Below, piece after piece: positions 25,777 through 33,816 of a DNA stretch of 35,857 nt (position 1 is its first letter; each line of letters begins with the position of its first letter). The position numbers and the translations under genes are program-made. Under the pieces are notes generated by a model. The model did no database searches. It saw only the letters and a list, made by a program, of their open reading frames with translations, and was not told where the DNA came from. Source of the stretch: Anaerolineales bacterium (lineage in GTDB: Bacteria; Chloroflexota; Anaerolineae; Anaerolineales; Villigracilaceae); contig JADLCG010000055.1 of assembly GCA_020847355.1 (NCBI GenBank), positions 1 to 35,857 of the forward strand, given 5' to 3'.

Positions 25777-26991
25777 CTAAGAGACCAACGCCAAGCCGAT
25801 GTTTCTAATTAGATAGCGGGCTTGTTTCAAACGCTCTTCAAACTGCGGCGCCCGTTTGATCAGGCGTTTAACCTCGACGAGCGAATTTTCGATAAAAAAC
25901 CTAGCCTTATTTTTTACCCAGCGAATCTTGTACATCTGCGTCGTATCCGTGGATAGACTGCTTTTATACGGAGCGTCTCCGGCTAGAAAATCGTACACGG
26001 CTCTGCCTTTGGAAGCATTGTGGACAATTGCGTAATAGTGCGAAACTAAACCGGGTCTATAAACATTTTTAGGCAGATACTTAAACCCGCTTTGATAAAA
26101 CAAAACTTGATTGCAATACACAAAGCAATATAAATATCCCAGGTTTCCCGATTCGTTATAAATTTGTAGTAGTTGAATCTCGCCGCTAGCAAAACGCGAA
26201 CGAATCAAGTCGTGATGAAACTGAAGCACATACGGATTGGAGAATGCGCCCGGGCGATTCAAATTATTCCATTCAGCTTGGTGCAAAGCGACCAAATTTT
26301 CAAACATCGCCAGCGCCTCTTCAGAAGTTTCAGCTTCGCGCACGAGAATACGCCCGCCATCTGCCTCATACTGTTTTACTGAGCGCCTAATCTGACTCCG
26401 TTTGTTTGAGCTTAACAAAGCGTAGAAATCCAAATTTACGGCGCGAACCTTCTCCAAATTTACCAAGAACGCGGTAGCCGCATCTATCTGAATAGAATAA
26501 ACGCCGAGCGTTTTTTCCGCATTGAGCAAATTGAAGTCTTGAGTAAATTTCAAAGAAACCCACGGGAAATCGAACTCGTCCCAAGCCAAATTACGCACAT
26601 ATTCAAGGGCTTGAGTCGCATCCGTCAGCATTGCCGGGTCGTATAAAATCGAATTGTATTCCGCGTAAATCTCGTCATATCTACGCACGGCAGTAGCGTT
26701 TAGCGCCAAAGTTTGCGAGGGTAAAAAGCCATACTTATTCTTCTTGCGCCGATTGATAAAAAATGCCAAGGCTGGGGTTTCATTTATAGAACCAACGATC
26801 AGCTCAAGTTGGAGGTCGCGCGGCAAGCTATTCAACCAAGTGGAAATCCAACCCCAGGAAGTGAAATAGCTATGCGCGCTTCTGGCGAGCAAATCCAGCC
26901 AAATTTTCTCCGCTTGTTCCGTTTCCACAAAAGGATCGTAAGTTCGGAAGGCAAGCCGGACTTCATCTGGCGAATTTTTACTGAGCGTCAT
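25777..26991 (-). CDS. CelD/BcsL-type GNAT acyltransferase
   Basis: 'W.DLL.RS.HSYFTSWGWISTW', 'LSSNKRSQIRRS', 'LHQAEW', 'FYQSG', 'RPGLVSH' and 'YDFLAGDAPYK'. Confidence 0.85.
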   Translation of the reverse strand: MTLSKNSPDEVRLAFRTYDPFVETEQAEKIWLDLLARSAHSYFTSWGWISTWLNSLPRDLQLELIVGSINETPALAFFINRRKKNKYGFLPSQTLALNATAVRRYDEIYAEYNSILYDPAMLTDATQALEYVRNLAWDEFDFPWVSLKFTQDFNLLNAEKTLGVYSIQIDAATAFLVNLEKVRAVNLDFYALLSSNKRSQIRRSVKQYEADGGRILVREAETSEEALAMFENLVALHQAEWNNLNRPGAFSNPYVLQFHHDLIRSRFASGEIQLLQIYNESGNLGYLYCFVYCNQVLFYQSGFKYLPKNVYRPGLVSHYYAIVHNASKGRAVYDFLAGDAPYKSSLSTDTTQMYKIRWVKNKARFFIENSLVEVKRLIKRAPQFEERLKQARYLIRNIGLALVS

Positions 26992-27024
26992 AACAATTTC
27001 TCTGCATTATCGGCAAAATGAATC

Positions 27025-27765
27025 TCACTCGGCAAGCGCCGGTTGTTCGGAACGGAGCAAATCTAATAGGATGAATAAGCAGACGAAGATATAGAAGAAC
27101 TCGTAATTACTTTCTTTGATTTCCTGCACAGCTTGAATAAACGGCACTTTAGCGTAGCTGTAACCGGCGGCAAATGCCAGCTTGGCGACTTTTGCAAATA
27201 GATAATTGAAAAGGAAAAACATGCCCAGCCCCCAATGAACAATTGGGATAAATCTTGAGCTGAATTTCCCAAACCGTGGAATAAAAACAGCCGCCAGCGG
27301 AATTAAAAAGACGAAGAAGCCCCAGAAAACGTCAAACTCGCTTTCAAATGGCATAACCATTCCGCCAAATTCAATGTTATGGATATTGATCTCGTCCTGC
27401 TCGTTGATCTCAGCTAAAGCTTCTGGGGTTTGTATTCCAAATATCCTTTGACCCCAGCTAATCTCCTCGCCCGCGCCAAAAAAGAAAAGGAGCGCCAACC
27501 CTAAATAGGCAAGTTGCTTCACCCAAAGGACCTTAGTAGTTTTACGCCGTTTCATTACATAGTAAAAAGCGTAAAACATCAAAACCGAAGCGATAAATAA
27601 AGAGAGCGCGCCGAGGTTTTCAAAATAACCGTCCTCGTGATAAAGCGAGGGCGCTAAACCGGAAAGTTTCAAGGTCAGATAGGTCGCTACAATATACACA
27701 AACACAGTTACATACAAAGTCGGTTTATAAAAAATATTAATTTTATTCACAAGAACCTCATTCAA
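27025..27765 (-). CDS. Conserved hypothetical membrane protein ('GEEISWGQR' type)
   Basis: About 6 TMs with motifs 'EDGYFEN', 'GEEISWGQRIFG', 'NEQDEINIHN' and 'EIKE'. Confidence 0.8.
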   Translation of the reverse strand: MNEVLVNKINIFYKPTLYVTVFVYIVATYLTLKLSGLAPSLYHEDGYFENLGALSLFIASVLMFYAFYYVMKRRKTTKVLWVKQLAYLGLALLFFFGAGEEISWGQRIFGIQTPEALAEINEQDEINIHNIEFGGMVMPFESEFDVFWGFFVFLIPLAAVFIPRFGKFSSRFIPIVHWGLGMFFLFNYLFAKVAKLAFAAGYSYAKVPFIQAVQEIKESNYEFFYIFVCLFILLDLLRSEQPALAE

Positions 27766-27784
27766 TTAGTTTAGGGGATCAAAA

Positions 27785-28459
27785 TCAATGCGCGCCGCGC
27801 TGTTGAAAAACAGCCATCACGGTTTTATATAAGATCACAATATCCAGCCAAATGCAGGCGTGATCAATGTAAGCGATATCCAGGCGCAAGCGGTCGTCAA
27901 ACTCCAACTGCGCCCGCCCGACGATTTGCCACAAGCCGGTCAAGCCGGGCGGCACATCCAGCCGCTCCGTATGCCAAAGTTTATAAGTTTCCGCTCCAAA
28001 AGAAGTTGGGCGGGGACCTACCAAACTCATTTGACCTTTTAAGATATTAATCAGTTGGGGAAGTTCATCCAAACTGGTCTTGCGTAAGAAGCCGCCAATT
28101 TTAGTGATGCGCGGATCATTGGTGATTTTGAAATCGGGCCATTGCAATTCGTTCAAATGCGCGTATTTCTGTTTTAACTCTTCCGCGTTCGGCACCATTG
28201 TGCGAAATTTGTAAATCACAAAGCGCTTCCCGCCTTTGCCAGTACGCAGTTGATGAAAAACCGCCGGAGCGCCGGGGGATGTAATTTCAATGATCGCCCA
28301 GACTACAACAATCACAGCCAGCCAAAGCGGGGCGCTGACGATAACCAAAATCAAATCCATTGCCCGTTTTAATTTTAAATAAGTTTGACCCGTAAAAATT
28401 CGCTTTTCCGGGTCAAAATCTGCCAACCAATCCGTAACATTGTTCTGATTAAGTTCCAT
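27785..28459 (-). CDS. Priming phosphoglycosyltransferase (bacterial sugar transferase, small monotopic type)
   Basis: 'KRAMDL', 'KFRTM', 'DPRITKIGGFLRKTSLDELPQL', 'GQMSLVGPRP' and 'PGLTGLWQ'. Confidence 0.95.
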   Translation of the reverse strand: MELNQNNVTDWLADFDPEKRIFTGQTYLKLKRAMDLILVIVSAPLWLAVIVVVWAIIEITSPGAPAVFHQLRTGKGGKRFVIYKFRTMVPNAEELKQKYAHLNELQWPDFKITNDPRITKIGGFLRKTSLDELPQLINILKGQMSLVGPRPTSFGAETYKLWHTERLDVPPGLTGLWQIVGRAQLEFDDRLRLDIAYIDHACIWLDIVILYKTVMAVFQQRGAH

Positions 28460-28464
28460 TTTCT

Positions 28465-29331
28465 TCAGGCGACGCTTTCATGCGACTGCGCCTCTTGGGC
28501 AAGCTGAATATTTTTCTGAGGAGTACGCGAGCGCTCGCGCGCCGTGTGTAACAGATCTTCAAAATTCAAGGCTTCATCCGGAAAAGCGGAAACGCCACAA
28601 ACGACCTTGAAGCTAGTCTTCTCCGCCAAAATTGAGCAAACTCTCTCAGCCAAGAGCATAGCTCGCTCCAAGGGAGTCTCTGGACAAAGAATCAAAAAAT
28701 GCCCTCTGCGATCCTGCATTAACACATCTGTTTGGCGCATAACTTCATTTAAAACCTGCCCCACCCGAGCGGCTGATAAACGCGCCATCATATCGCGTTG
28801 TAAAGTTTTCAAAACGTCTTTTGAAGACTGGTCATCATGCGGAGAAGTGACTACAACCACCAGCGAAAGCGGACGATGATAGCGCCGGCTACGGCTAAAT
28901 TCAGTTTTGATGATGTCTGAAGCTTCGTCCAATTTAATAGAATCGTGCGGGAAGGTGCCTTGCGCCAAAGCGTCCATCATCGATTCGGAATGATCTATCG
29001 CCACCGCCAATTGATACGCCAGCCAAACGCCAATTTCCAAAAGCACAAACTCCAAAAGCACAACCGCGACATCGTCAGTGGCGGTGTTTAAGCGATTGAC
29101 CATTTGAAAGAGCGCGAAGTAAACCGCGCCAAAGAAAATGCTCGGCACATAAATCGGCGCTTTATGCAGGGCCGGAATAAAAACCATAATTGGAATAATC
29201 AAGATGGCGAAAATATAGAAATAAGACGCAAAATTGATAATGGGACGGTCGGCGCTATCCAACTGCCCTAAAACCAAAATAAGCAACAAGTAAAACGATA
29301 CCAAGAATAATGATTTTCTGAAATTAGTCAT
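28465..29331 (-). CDS. 4-TM membrane protein with degenerate GGDEF domain and RxxD I-site (PelD-like c-di-GMP receptor candidate)
   Basis: Four hydrophobic helices, then 'EFSRSRRYHRPLSLVVV', 'RQTD-VLMQD-RRGHF-LILCPET', 'LAERV' and 'GVSAFPDEA...DLL..A'. Start placed at ATG 29331. Confidence 0.82.
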   Translation of the reverse strand: MTNFRKSLFLVSFYLLLILVLGQLDSADRPIINFASYFYIFAILIIPIMVFIPALHKAPIYVPSIFFGAVYFALFQMVNRLNTATDDVAVVLLEFVLLEIGVWLAYQLAVAIDHSESMMDALAQGTFPHDSIKLDEASDIIKTEFSRSRRYHRPLSLVVVVTSPHDDQSSKDVLKTLQRDMMARLSAARVGQVLNEVMRQTDVLMQDRRGHFLILCPETPLERAMLLAERVCSILAEKTSFKVVCGVSAFPDEALNFEDLLHTARERSRTPQKNIQLAQEAQSHESVA

Positions 29332-29353
29332 GTTTGCATTCCAATAATGAGAA

Positions 29354-29387
29354 AGACCTTGCAAAAATATAAGGTCTCTAAATTATA
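29354..29387 (-). promoter_or_regulatory. Candidate EPS operon promoter (-10 TATAAT at 29382-29387) followed by palindrome AGACCTT-N10-AAGGTCT
   Basis: Read directly from the sequence. The palindrome (29354-29377) overlaps the expected transcription start. Confidence 0.5.
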
Positions 29388-29505
29388 CTGTTTTTTTTTG
29401 ATAACAAAAGGGCAGGCGTTTTTTTTCTTAATCACCCATGAGTCCTTGTTAAAAGGTAAGTTTTTCGCCGGTGCGCCTATCTAAATCTAAAATTTGGAGG
29501 AACTC

Positions 29506-29769
29506 TTGTCTGATCTTTATACACAACATCCGTCACAAATTGTCATGTACGCTACCGCAACCTGCCCCGATTGTTTACGCGCCAAAGCTTTTTTTGAAGC
29601 CCACAAAATTGAATACAAACGAGTAGGCTTAGAAGGCGACGAAGAAGCGACTGAATTTGTAGTCCGCTTAAATAACGGCTACCAAAGCGTGCCAACGATC
29701 GTCTTTCCAGACGGCTCAGTTTTAGTAGAACCTAGTTGGGAAGAATTACGCAAAAAAGTAATTGCGTAG
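29506..29769 (+). CDS. Glutaredoxin-like protein (mycoredoxin/NrdH-like)
   Basis: CPDC motif and 'NNGYQSVPTIVFPDGSVLVEPS' with cis-Pro. TTG start after GGAGG. Confidence 0.88.
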   Translation: MSDLYTQHPSQIVMYATATCPDCLRAKAFFEAHKIEYKRVGLEGDEEATEFVVRLNNGYQSVPTIVFPDGSVLVEPSWEELRKKVIA

Positions 29770-29838
29770 AAAAAACTCAACGAAAGAGAAGCCGGCTGAA
29801 AGTCCGGTTTGAGGCGAAGCGGGGAGTATAATCATTTG

Positions 29839-30465
29839 ATGATGAAGAAAATCCTAATCGCGACATTCAGCGTTTTAATCGCCGCCTGTTCGCCGATTAT
29901 TGCGCCGCAACCTTTTCCGGCGTGGACTTCATTTCCCACCAGCACGCCAAACATCGTCACGGCGACTTCGCTTTCTCCGCTGACTTCTACGCCGATCGTT
30001 TTAACGCTCCCCTTCACGCCGACGCTTGTCACCGCCACCGAAACATTCAGCCCCTCAGCCACTTTTGTGTTTACCAATACGCCGTTTCAGGCGGTAGAAA
30101 TTCAAATTCTCGGTTGTGATACCAGCCTGGATATTTTGCACGGCATGGGCGAAGTGACTAACGCTTATGTCACCGTAAAAAATACGGGGACTGCGGATTT
30201 ACCCAACGCCTGCGCTTTGCTCCGCGCAATTGACGAAGATCGCGAACATCCTGATAAAAAAAGTTGCACGGCAAATCTACCGGCGCAAAATCAGGTAACG
30301 TTCAAATTAACCGTCGATTCGGCTTATAAACAAGATACGATCATTCAAGTGGATGCGCTTTCAAACGACGCAGTTATATTAAGGGTGGATAAACAATCCT
30401 GTAGAAATATCAGTTTATTCGGCGGCAAACCAAACGACGTGGGGATTGTGAAGCCGATTCAATAG
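29839..30465 (+). CDS. Hypothetical lipoprotein with Pro/Thr-rich linker
   Basis: 'MMKKILIATFSVLIAAC' lipobox, T/P-rich stretch and a C-terminal beta-rich domain with 4 Cys. Confidence 0.8.
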   Translation: MMKKILIATFSVLIAACSPIIAPQPFPAWTSFPTSTPNIVTATSLSPLTSTPIVLTLPFTPTLVTATETFSPSATFVFTNTPFQAVEIQILGCDTSLDILHGMGEVTNAYVTVKNTGTADLPNACALLRAIDEDREHPDKKSCTANLPAQNQVTFKLTVDSAYKQDTIIQVDALSNDAVILRVDKQSCRNISLFGGKPNDVGIVKPIQ

Positions 30466-30476
30466 TTTGCGAAAAA

Positions 30477-30521
30477 ATGCCGAGGCGTATTTTCTAGATT
30501 ATAGAAAACACGCCTCGGCGT
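30477..30521. terminator. Long hairpin between convergent lipoprotein genes (bidirectional terminator)
   Basis: ATGCCGAGGCGTATTTTCTA-gatta-TAGAAAACACGCCTCGGCGT, a 20-bp stem with two non-Watson-Crick positions. Confidence 0.7.
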
Positions 30522-30526
30522 ATATA

Positions 30527-31162
30527 TTACTTGACAAACACCTGAACGAGCGGCGAATCGTCAAAGCCTACCAAAATGCCCCTTGAGTTATCAGTTGGGG
30601 TCAGCCAAATGGCGCGCAAGAACGCCACGTCGTTAAATTCAATTGGCTCGTCTGGGCTTTTGATCTCAGCAAAGCTAAAGGTTCTAGGGTTGAGTTCAAT
30701 CCCATTTGCTACGGCTTTATATAAGCCCCAACCCGGATACCAAGTACCTGCTGAATCAATGATGTAAACGTCGCCCCAGCCGACTTTCACCGGCGAGCCA
30801 GTCAGATTCTTCACCTTGATGCCTATTTCCGCAAACTGATAACCGGGGTTAGCCACCCAATGAGAAGTTTCGTCAAGATAGACGGTTTCCAACTTGCGAA
30901 AATTTACGACCGAGATTTCGTATTGATCATTTGCGGCAATTTCGCCAACCTGAGCGGCGGTGGGCGTAGGCGGGACTTGGGTGGCTGTTGGGAGCGACGT
31001 GGAAGTTGGGCGCGGCGTATTTGTGCTGGTTGGCGCTGGCGTGTTTGTGGATTTTGGAAGTTGCGTCGCTGTCGGCGCCGCAGTTGGAGCTAAAGCGGCT
31101 GATTGGCAAGCCAAGATGACAATTAGAGAGCCAACTGCAAAAAGCAAAGTATTCTTTTTCAT
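30527..31162 (-). CDS. Hypothetical lipoprotein (DUF4352-like Ig-fold domain after a PT-rich linker)
   Basis: Lipobox 'ILAC', PT repeats and 'ANPGYQFAEIGIKVKN...YIIDSAG'. AGGAGG RBS. Confidence 0.75.
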   Translation of the reverse strand: MKKNTLLFAVGSLIVILACQSAALAPTAAPTATQLPKSTNTPAPTSTNTPRPTSTSLPTATQVPPTPTAAQVGEIAANDQYEISVVNFRKLETVYLDETSHWVANPGYQFAEIGIKVKNLTGSPVKVGWGDVYIIDSAGTWYPGWGLYKAVANGIELNPRTFSFAEIKSPDEPIEFNDVAFLRAIWLTPTDNSRGILVGFDDSPLVQVFVK

Positions 31163-31404
31163 ATCTGCGCCCCTCCTATGAGCGCCATTTAAAAATATTG
31201 AAAAATAAAAGTTGATTTACTATAGTCCGCTTGTGCGTGATCCTATTATGGCATAGATATCTTCGCGGAACTGCCAAAATCTGCCGATTTGCGCGGATTG
31301 TTTTCGGGGCGGGAATTTTCCTGAAAGCGAATCAAGCTTGAGTTAAGTGAGGGGCGTTTAATCTTCCATTTAGGTTGAGGCTACCCATGCCTGTTCTTCG
31401 GGAG

Positions 31405-31410
31405 TATAAT
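31405..31410 (+). promoter_or_regulatory. Candidate -10 element for secDF
   Basis: TATAAT about 50 nt upstream of the secD ATG. A small hairpin GCCAGC-CCAAG-GCTGGC lies in the leader. Confidence 0.5.
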
Positions 31411-31461
31411 CACGCGCACGCCAGCCCAAGGCTGGCATTTTCGTGGATGGAGTAGAGATAC

Positions 31462-32823
31462 ATGCGTAATAAGAATAATTGGCTGGTAATCATTATTATC
31501 CTGTTGGCGTTTTCCCTGTGGATTGACCTGACGGATAAAATTAGCATCCCGCTTAACGATACGACGATGCTCTTCGAGCGCGACGTACCGATTAAATTGG
31601 GTTTGGATTTGCGCGGCGGCTTGCAAGCCTTGCTCGAAGCGGATCTCCCCGCGGATGTGAAAGTGGATACAGACGCGATGAATAATGCGAAGACCATTAT
31701 GCAGAACCGCGTCAATGCGCTAGGCGTGAGCGAAGTGAATATGCAAATTGCCGGCGAGCGCCGTATCGTGGCTGAATTCCCCGGCGCTACCAATCCGGAA
31801 GAAGTAGTGGCGGCGTTGAAACGCACCGCTTTGTTGGAATTTGTGGATATGGGCAGTACGCCAATCCCGCAAGGCACAACGATTGTCACTGATCTAGGAT
31901 TAGAAGCCGGCGCGACTCCCGAACCTGCCGCAGACGGGACTACGCCGACTGTTTATCACACGGTGATGACTGGTTCTGGTTTGAAAAGCGCCACTGTGGG
32001 GCAAGGTCAATTGGCTGGGCAATACGGAATTTCATTCACCTTAGATTCTGAAGCCAGCAAGATCTTCGCCGAATATACCAGCACGCATCGCGGACAGTAT
32101 CTGGGCATCGTGTTGGATAAGGTTGTCGTTTCTGCGCCAGTGATCAATGAACCCATTACCGGCGGCGAGGGCAGTATTTCCGGCAGTTTCACGCAGGCAG
32201 AAGCTCAAACTTTAGCCGTGCAATTACGCTCAGGCTCTTTGCCAATTCCAATCAAAGTAGTGGAAAGCCGCACGGTTGGTCCAACCCTCGGCGAAGAAAG
32301 CGTGCGTAAAAGCGTGCTCGCCGGCTTGATCGGCTTGGGCGTGGTCATCCTTTTCATGGGAATTTATTATCGCTTACCCGGCGTGATCGCCGATTTGGCG
32401 TTGATTTGTTACGCGATTTTCTCTTTGATGATCTTCAAAATGGTCGGCGTGGTGCTGACTTTGCCGGGCATTGCCGGTTTTATCCTGAGCGTAGGCATGG
32501 CGGTAGATGCAAACGTCCTCATCTTTGAGCGCTTAAAAGAAGAATTGCGCGCCGGCAGAAATTTACGTCAGGCGATTGATATTGCCTGGAGCCGCGCTTG
32601 GCCCTCCATCCGCGATTCAAACTCGTCCACTTTGATTACTTGTTTAATCCTCTATGCTTTTGGCAACACTTTTGGCGCGAGCATGGTCAAGGGCTTTGCA
32701 GTGACTTTGGCTTTAGGCGTGGGCGTGAGTTTATTCACCGCCATTACCGTAACGCGCACCTTCCTGCATACCGTTTTGGATAATATCAAAGGCGCCGAAC
32801 ACCCCGGCTGGTTTGGTCTTTAG
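31462..32823 (+). CDS. secD: Protein translocase subunit SecD
   Basis: 'KLGLDLRGG', 'NRVNALGVSE', 'LRSGSLP', 'VGPTLG' and 'LTLPGIAG.ILSVGMAVDANVLIFERLKEE'. Confidence 0.97.
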   Translation: MRNKNNWLVIIIILLAFSLWIDLTDKISIPLNDTTMLFERDVPIKLGLDLRGGLQALLEADLPADVKVDTDAMNNAKTIMQNRVNALGVSEVNMQIAGERRIVAEFPGATNPEEVVAALKRTALLEFVDMGSTPIPQGTTIVTDLGLEAGATPEPAADGTTPTVYHTVMTGSGLKSATVGQGQLAGQYGISFTLDSEASKIFAEYTSTHRGQYLGIVLDKVVVSAPVINEPITGGEGSISGSFTQAEAQTLAVQLRSGSLPIPIKVVESRTVGPTLGEESVRKSVLAGLIGLGVVILFMGIYYRLPGVIADLALICYAIFSLMIFKMVGVVLTLPGIAGFILSVGMAVDANVLIFERLKEELRAGRNLRQAIDIAWSRAWPSIRDSNSSTLITCLILYAFGNTFGASMVKGFAVTLALGVGVSLFTAITVTRTFLHTVLDNIKGAEHPGWFGL

Positions 32824-32832
32824 GAATGTAAC

Positions 32833-33780
32833 ATGAATATTACAAAAAATCGTTACCTCTATTTCTTTATTTCTTTATTAATTATCATCCCCGGCTTGGT
32901 TTTCATGGGGCTGAACTGGCAAAAGACAAAAGAAGGTCCGCTACCTTTAGGCATTGACTTCCGCGGCGGCTCTCTACTGGAAGTCCAATTCACCGGAACG
33001 CTCCCTTCGGCGGAAGAAATTTCCGAAATCTATCAACAATTTTCAACGGAAGAACAGCCGATCACCGACCCAATCGTTCAGCTTTTGGGCACGGACGGTT
33101 ACTCCATCCGCTCTAAAACGATGAACGACGAGACCAAAGGCGCGATTATCGCGGCAATGGAATCAAAATTTTCAACGAAAGCCACCGTGCTGAACTTCAC
33201 TTCCGTCAGCGCCTCTGTCGGCGCTGAAGTGACCAAAGCCGCCGGCTGGGCAGTTCTTGCGGCGGCGCTCGCCATTCTGTTATATATTTGGTACGCCTTC
33301 CGCAGTGTAGAACATGCCTATCGTTACGGCACAGCCGCCGTGTTAGCCATGCTCCACGACGTTTTAGTCGTAGTCGGCGTGGAAGCTATGCTTGGGTATT
33401 TCCTCGGCTGGGAAGCGGACGCGCTCTTCCTCACCGCGTTGCTCACCGTCATCGGCTTTTCCGTGCATGATACTATCGTCGTGTTTGACCGCGTCCGCGA
33501 GAACGCGCATATCCTTCGCCGCGTGGATTATGAAACGATGGTCAATCACTCAGTCATCCAAACGCTGGATCGCTCGCTCAATACGCAACTCACCGTATTA
33601 TTCACGCTCACCGCGCTCGTCCTCTTCGGCGGCGATAGCATCCGACACTTCATCATCATTTTGCTGGTCGGCATCTTCAGCGGAACATACTCATCCATCT
33701 TCAATGCGGCGCAAATCCTGGTGGTTTGGGAAAACCGCGAATGGGAAAACTGGTTCAAAAGAAAAGAAGCGACTGCCTAG
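32833..33780 (+). CDS. secF: Protein translocase subunit SecF
   Basis: 'LGIDFRGG', 'LHDV', 'LLTVIGFSVHDTIVVFDRVRE', 'QTLDRSLNT' and 'GTYSSIF'. Confidence 0.97.
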   Translation: MNITKNRYLYFFISLLIIIPGLVFMGLNWQKTKEGPLPLGIDFRGGSLLEVQFTGTLPSAEEISEIYQQFSTEEQPITDPIVQLLGTDGYSIRSKTMNDETKGAIIAAMESKFSTKATVLNFTSVSASVGAEVTKAAGWAVLAAALAILLYIWYAFRSVEHAYRYGTAAVLAMLHDVLVVVGVEAMLGYFLGWEADALFLTALLTVIGFSVHDTIVVFDRVRENAHILRRVDYETMVNHSVIQTLDRSLNTQLTVLFTLTALVLFGGDSIRHFIIILLVGIFSGTYSSIFNAAQILVVWENREWENWFKRKEATA

Positions 33781-33784
33781 CTAC

Positions 33785-33816
33785 AAAAAAGACCTCACAA
33801 ATTGTGAGGTCTTTTT
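33785..33816. terminator. Bidirectional intrinsic terminator
   Basis: AAAAAGACCTCACAA-A-TTGTGAGGTCTTTTT between the convergent secF and murI genes. Confidence 0.9.

Larger units (their letters stand above)
10351..29331. other. Exopolysaccharide/cell-surface glycan biosynthesis locus (17 CDS)
   Basis: Contiguous genes for the priming transferase, GTs, flippase, Wzy-like and Wzz-like proteins, BcsB-like protein, modification enzymes and two degenerate GGDEF proteins. Confidence 0.9.

Noticed and set aside
10168-29400. EPS locus as a tRNA-integrated genomic island
   Set aside because: The locus lies on the 5' side of the tRNA. No duplicated tRNA 3' end, integrase or transposase was seen.
29770-29815. 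c-di-GMP-I riboswitch (GAAA-containing stems)
   Set aside because: The GGCAAAC and GACGCAAAGC core elements are absent. Only a short AAGCCGG/CCGGTTT hairpin is present, probably the 3' stem of the glutaredoxin gene.
31163-31461. ncRNA in the 300-bp divergent intergenic region
   Set aside because: No recognisable RNA family motif, only short weak hairpins. An Rfam scan would be needed.
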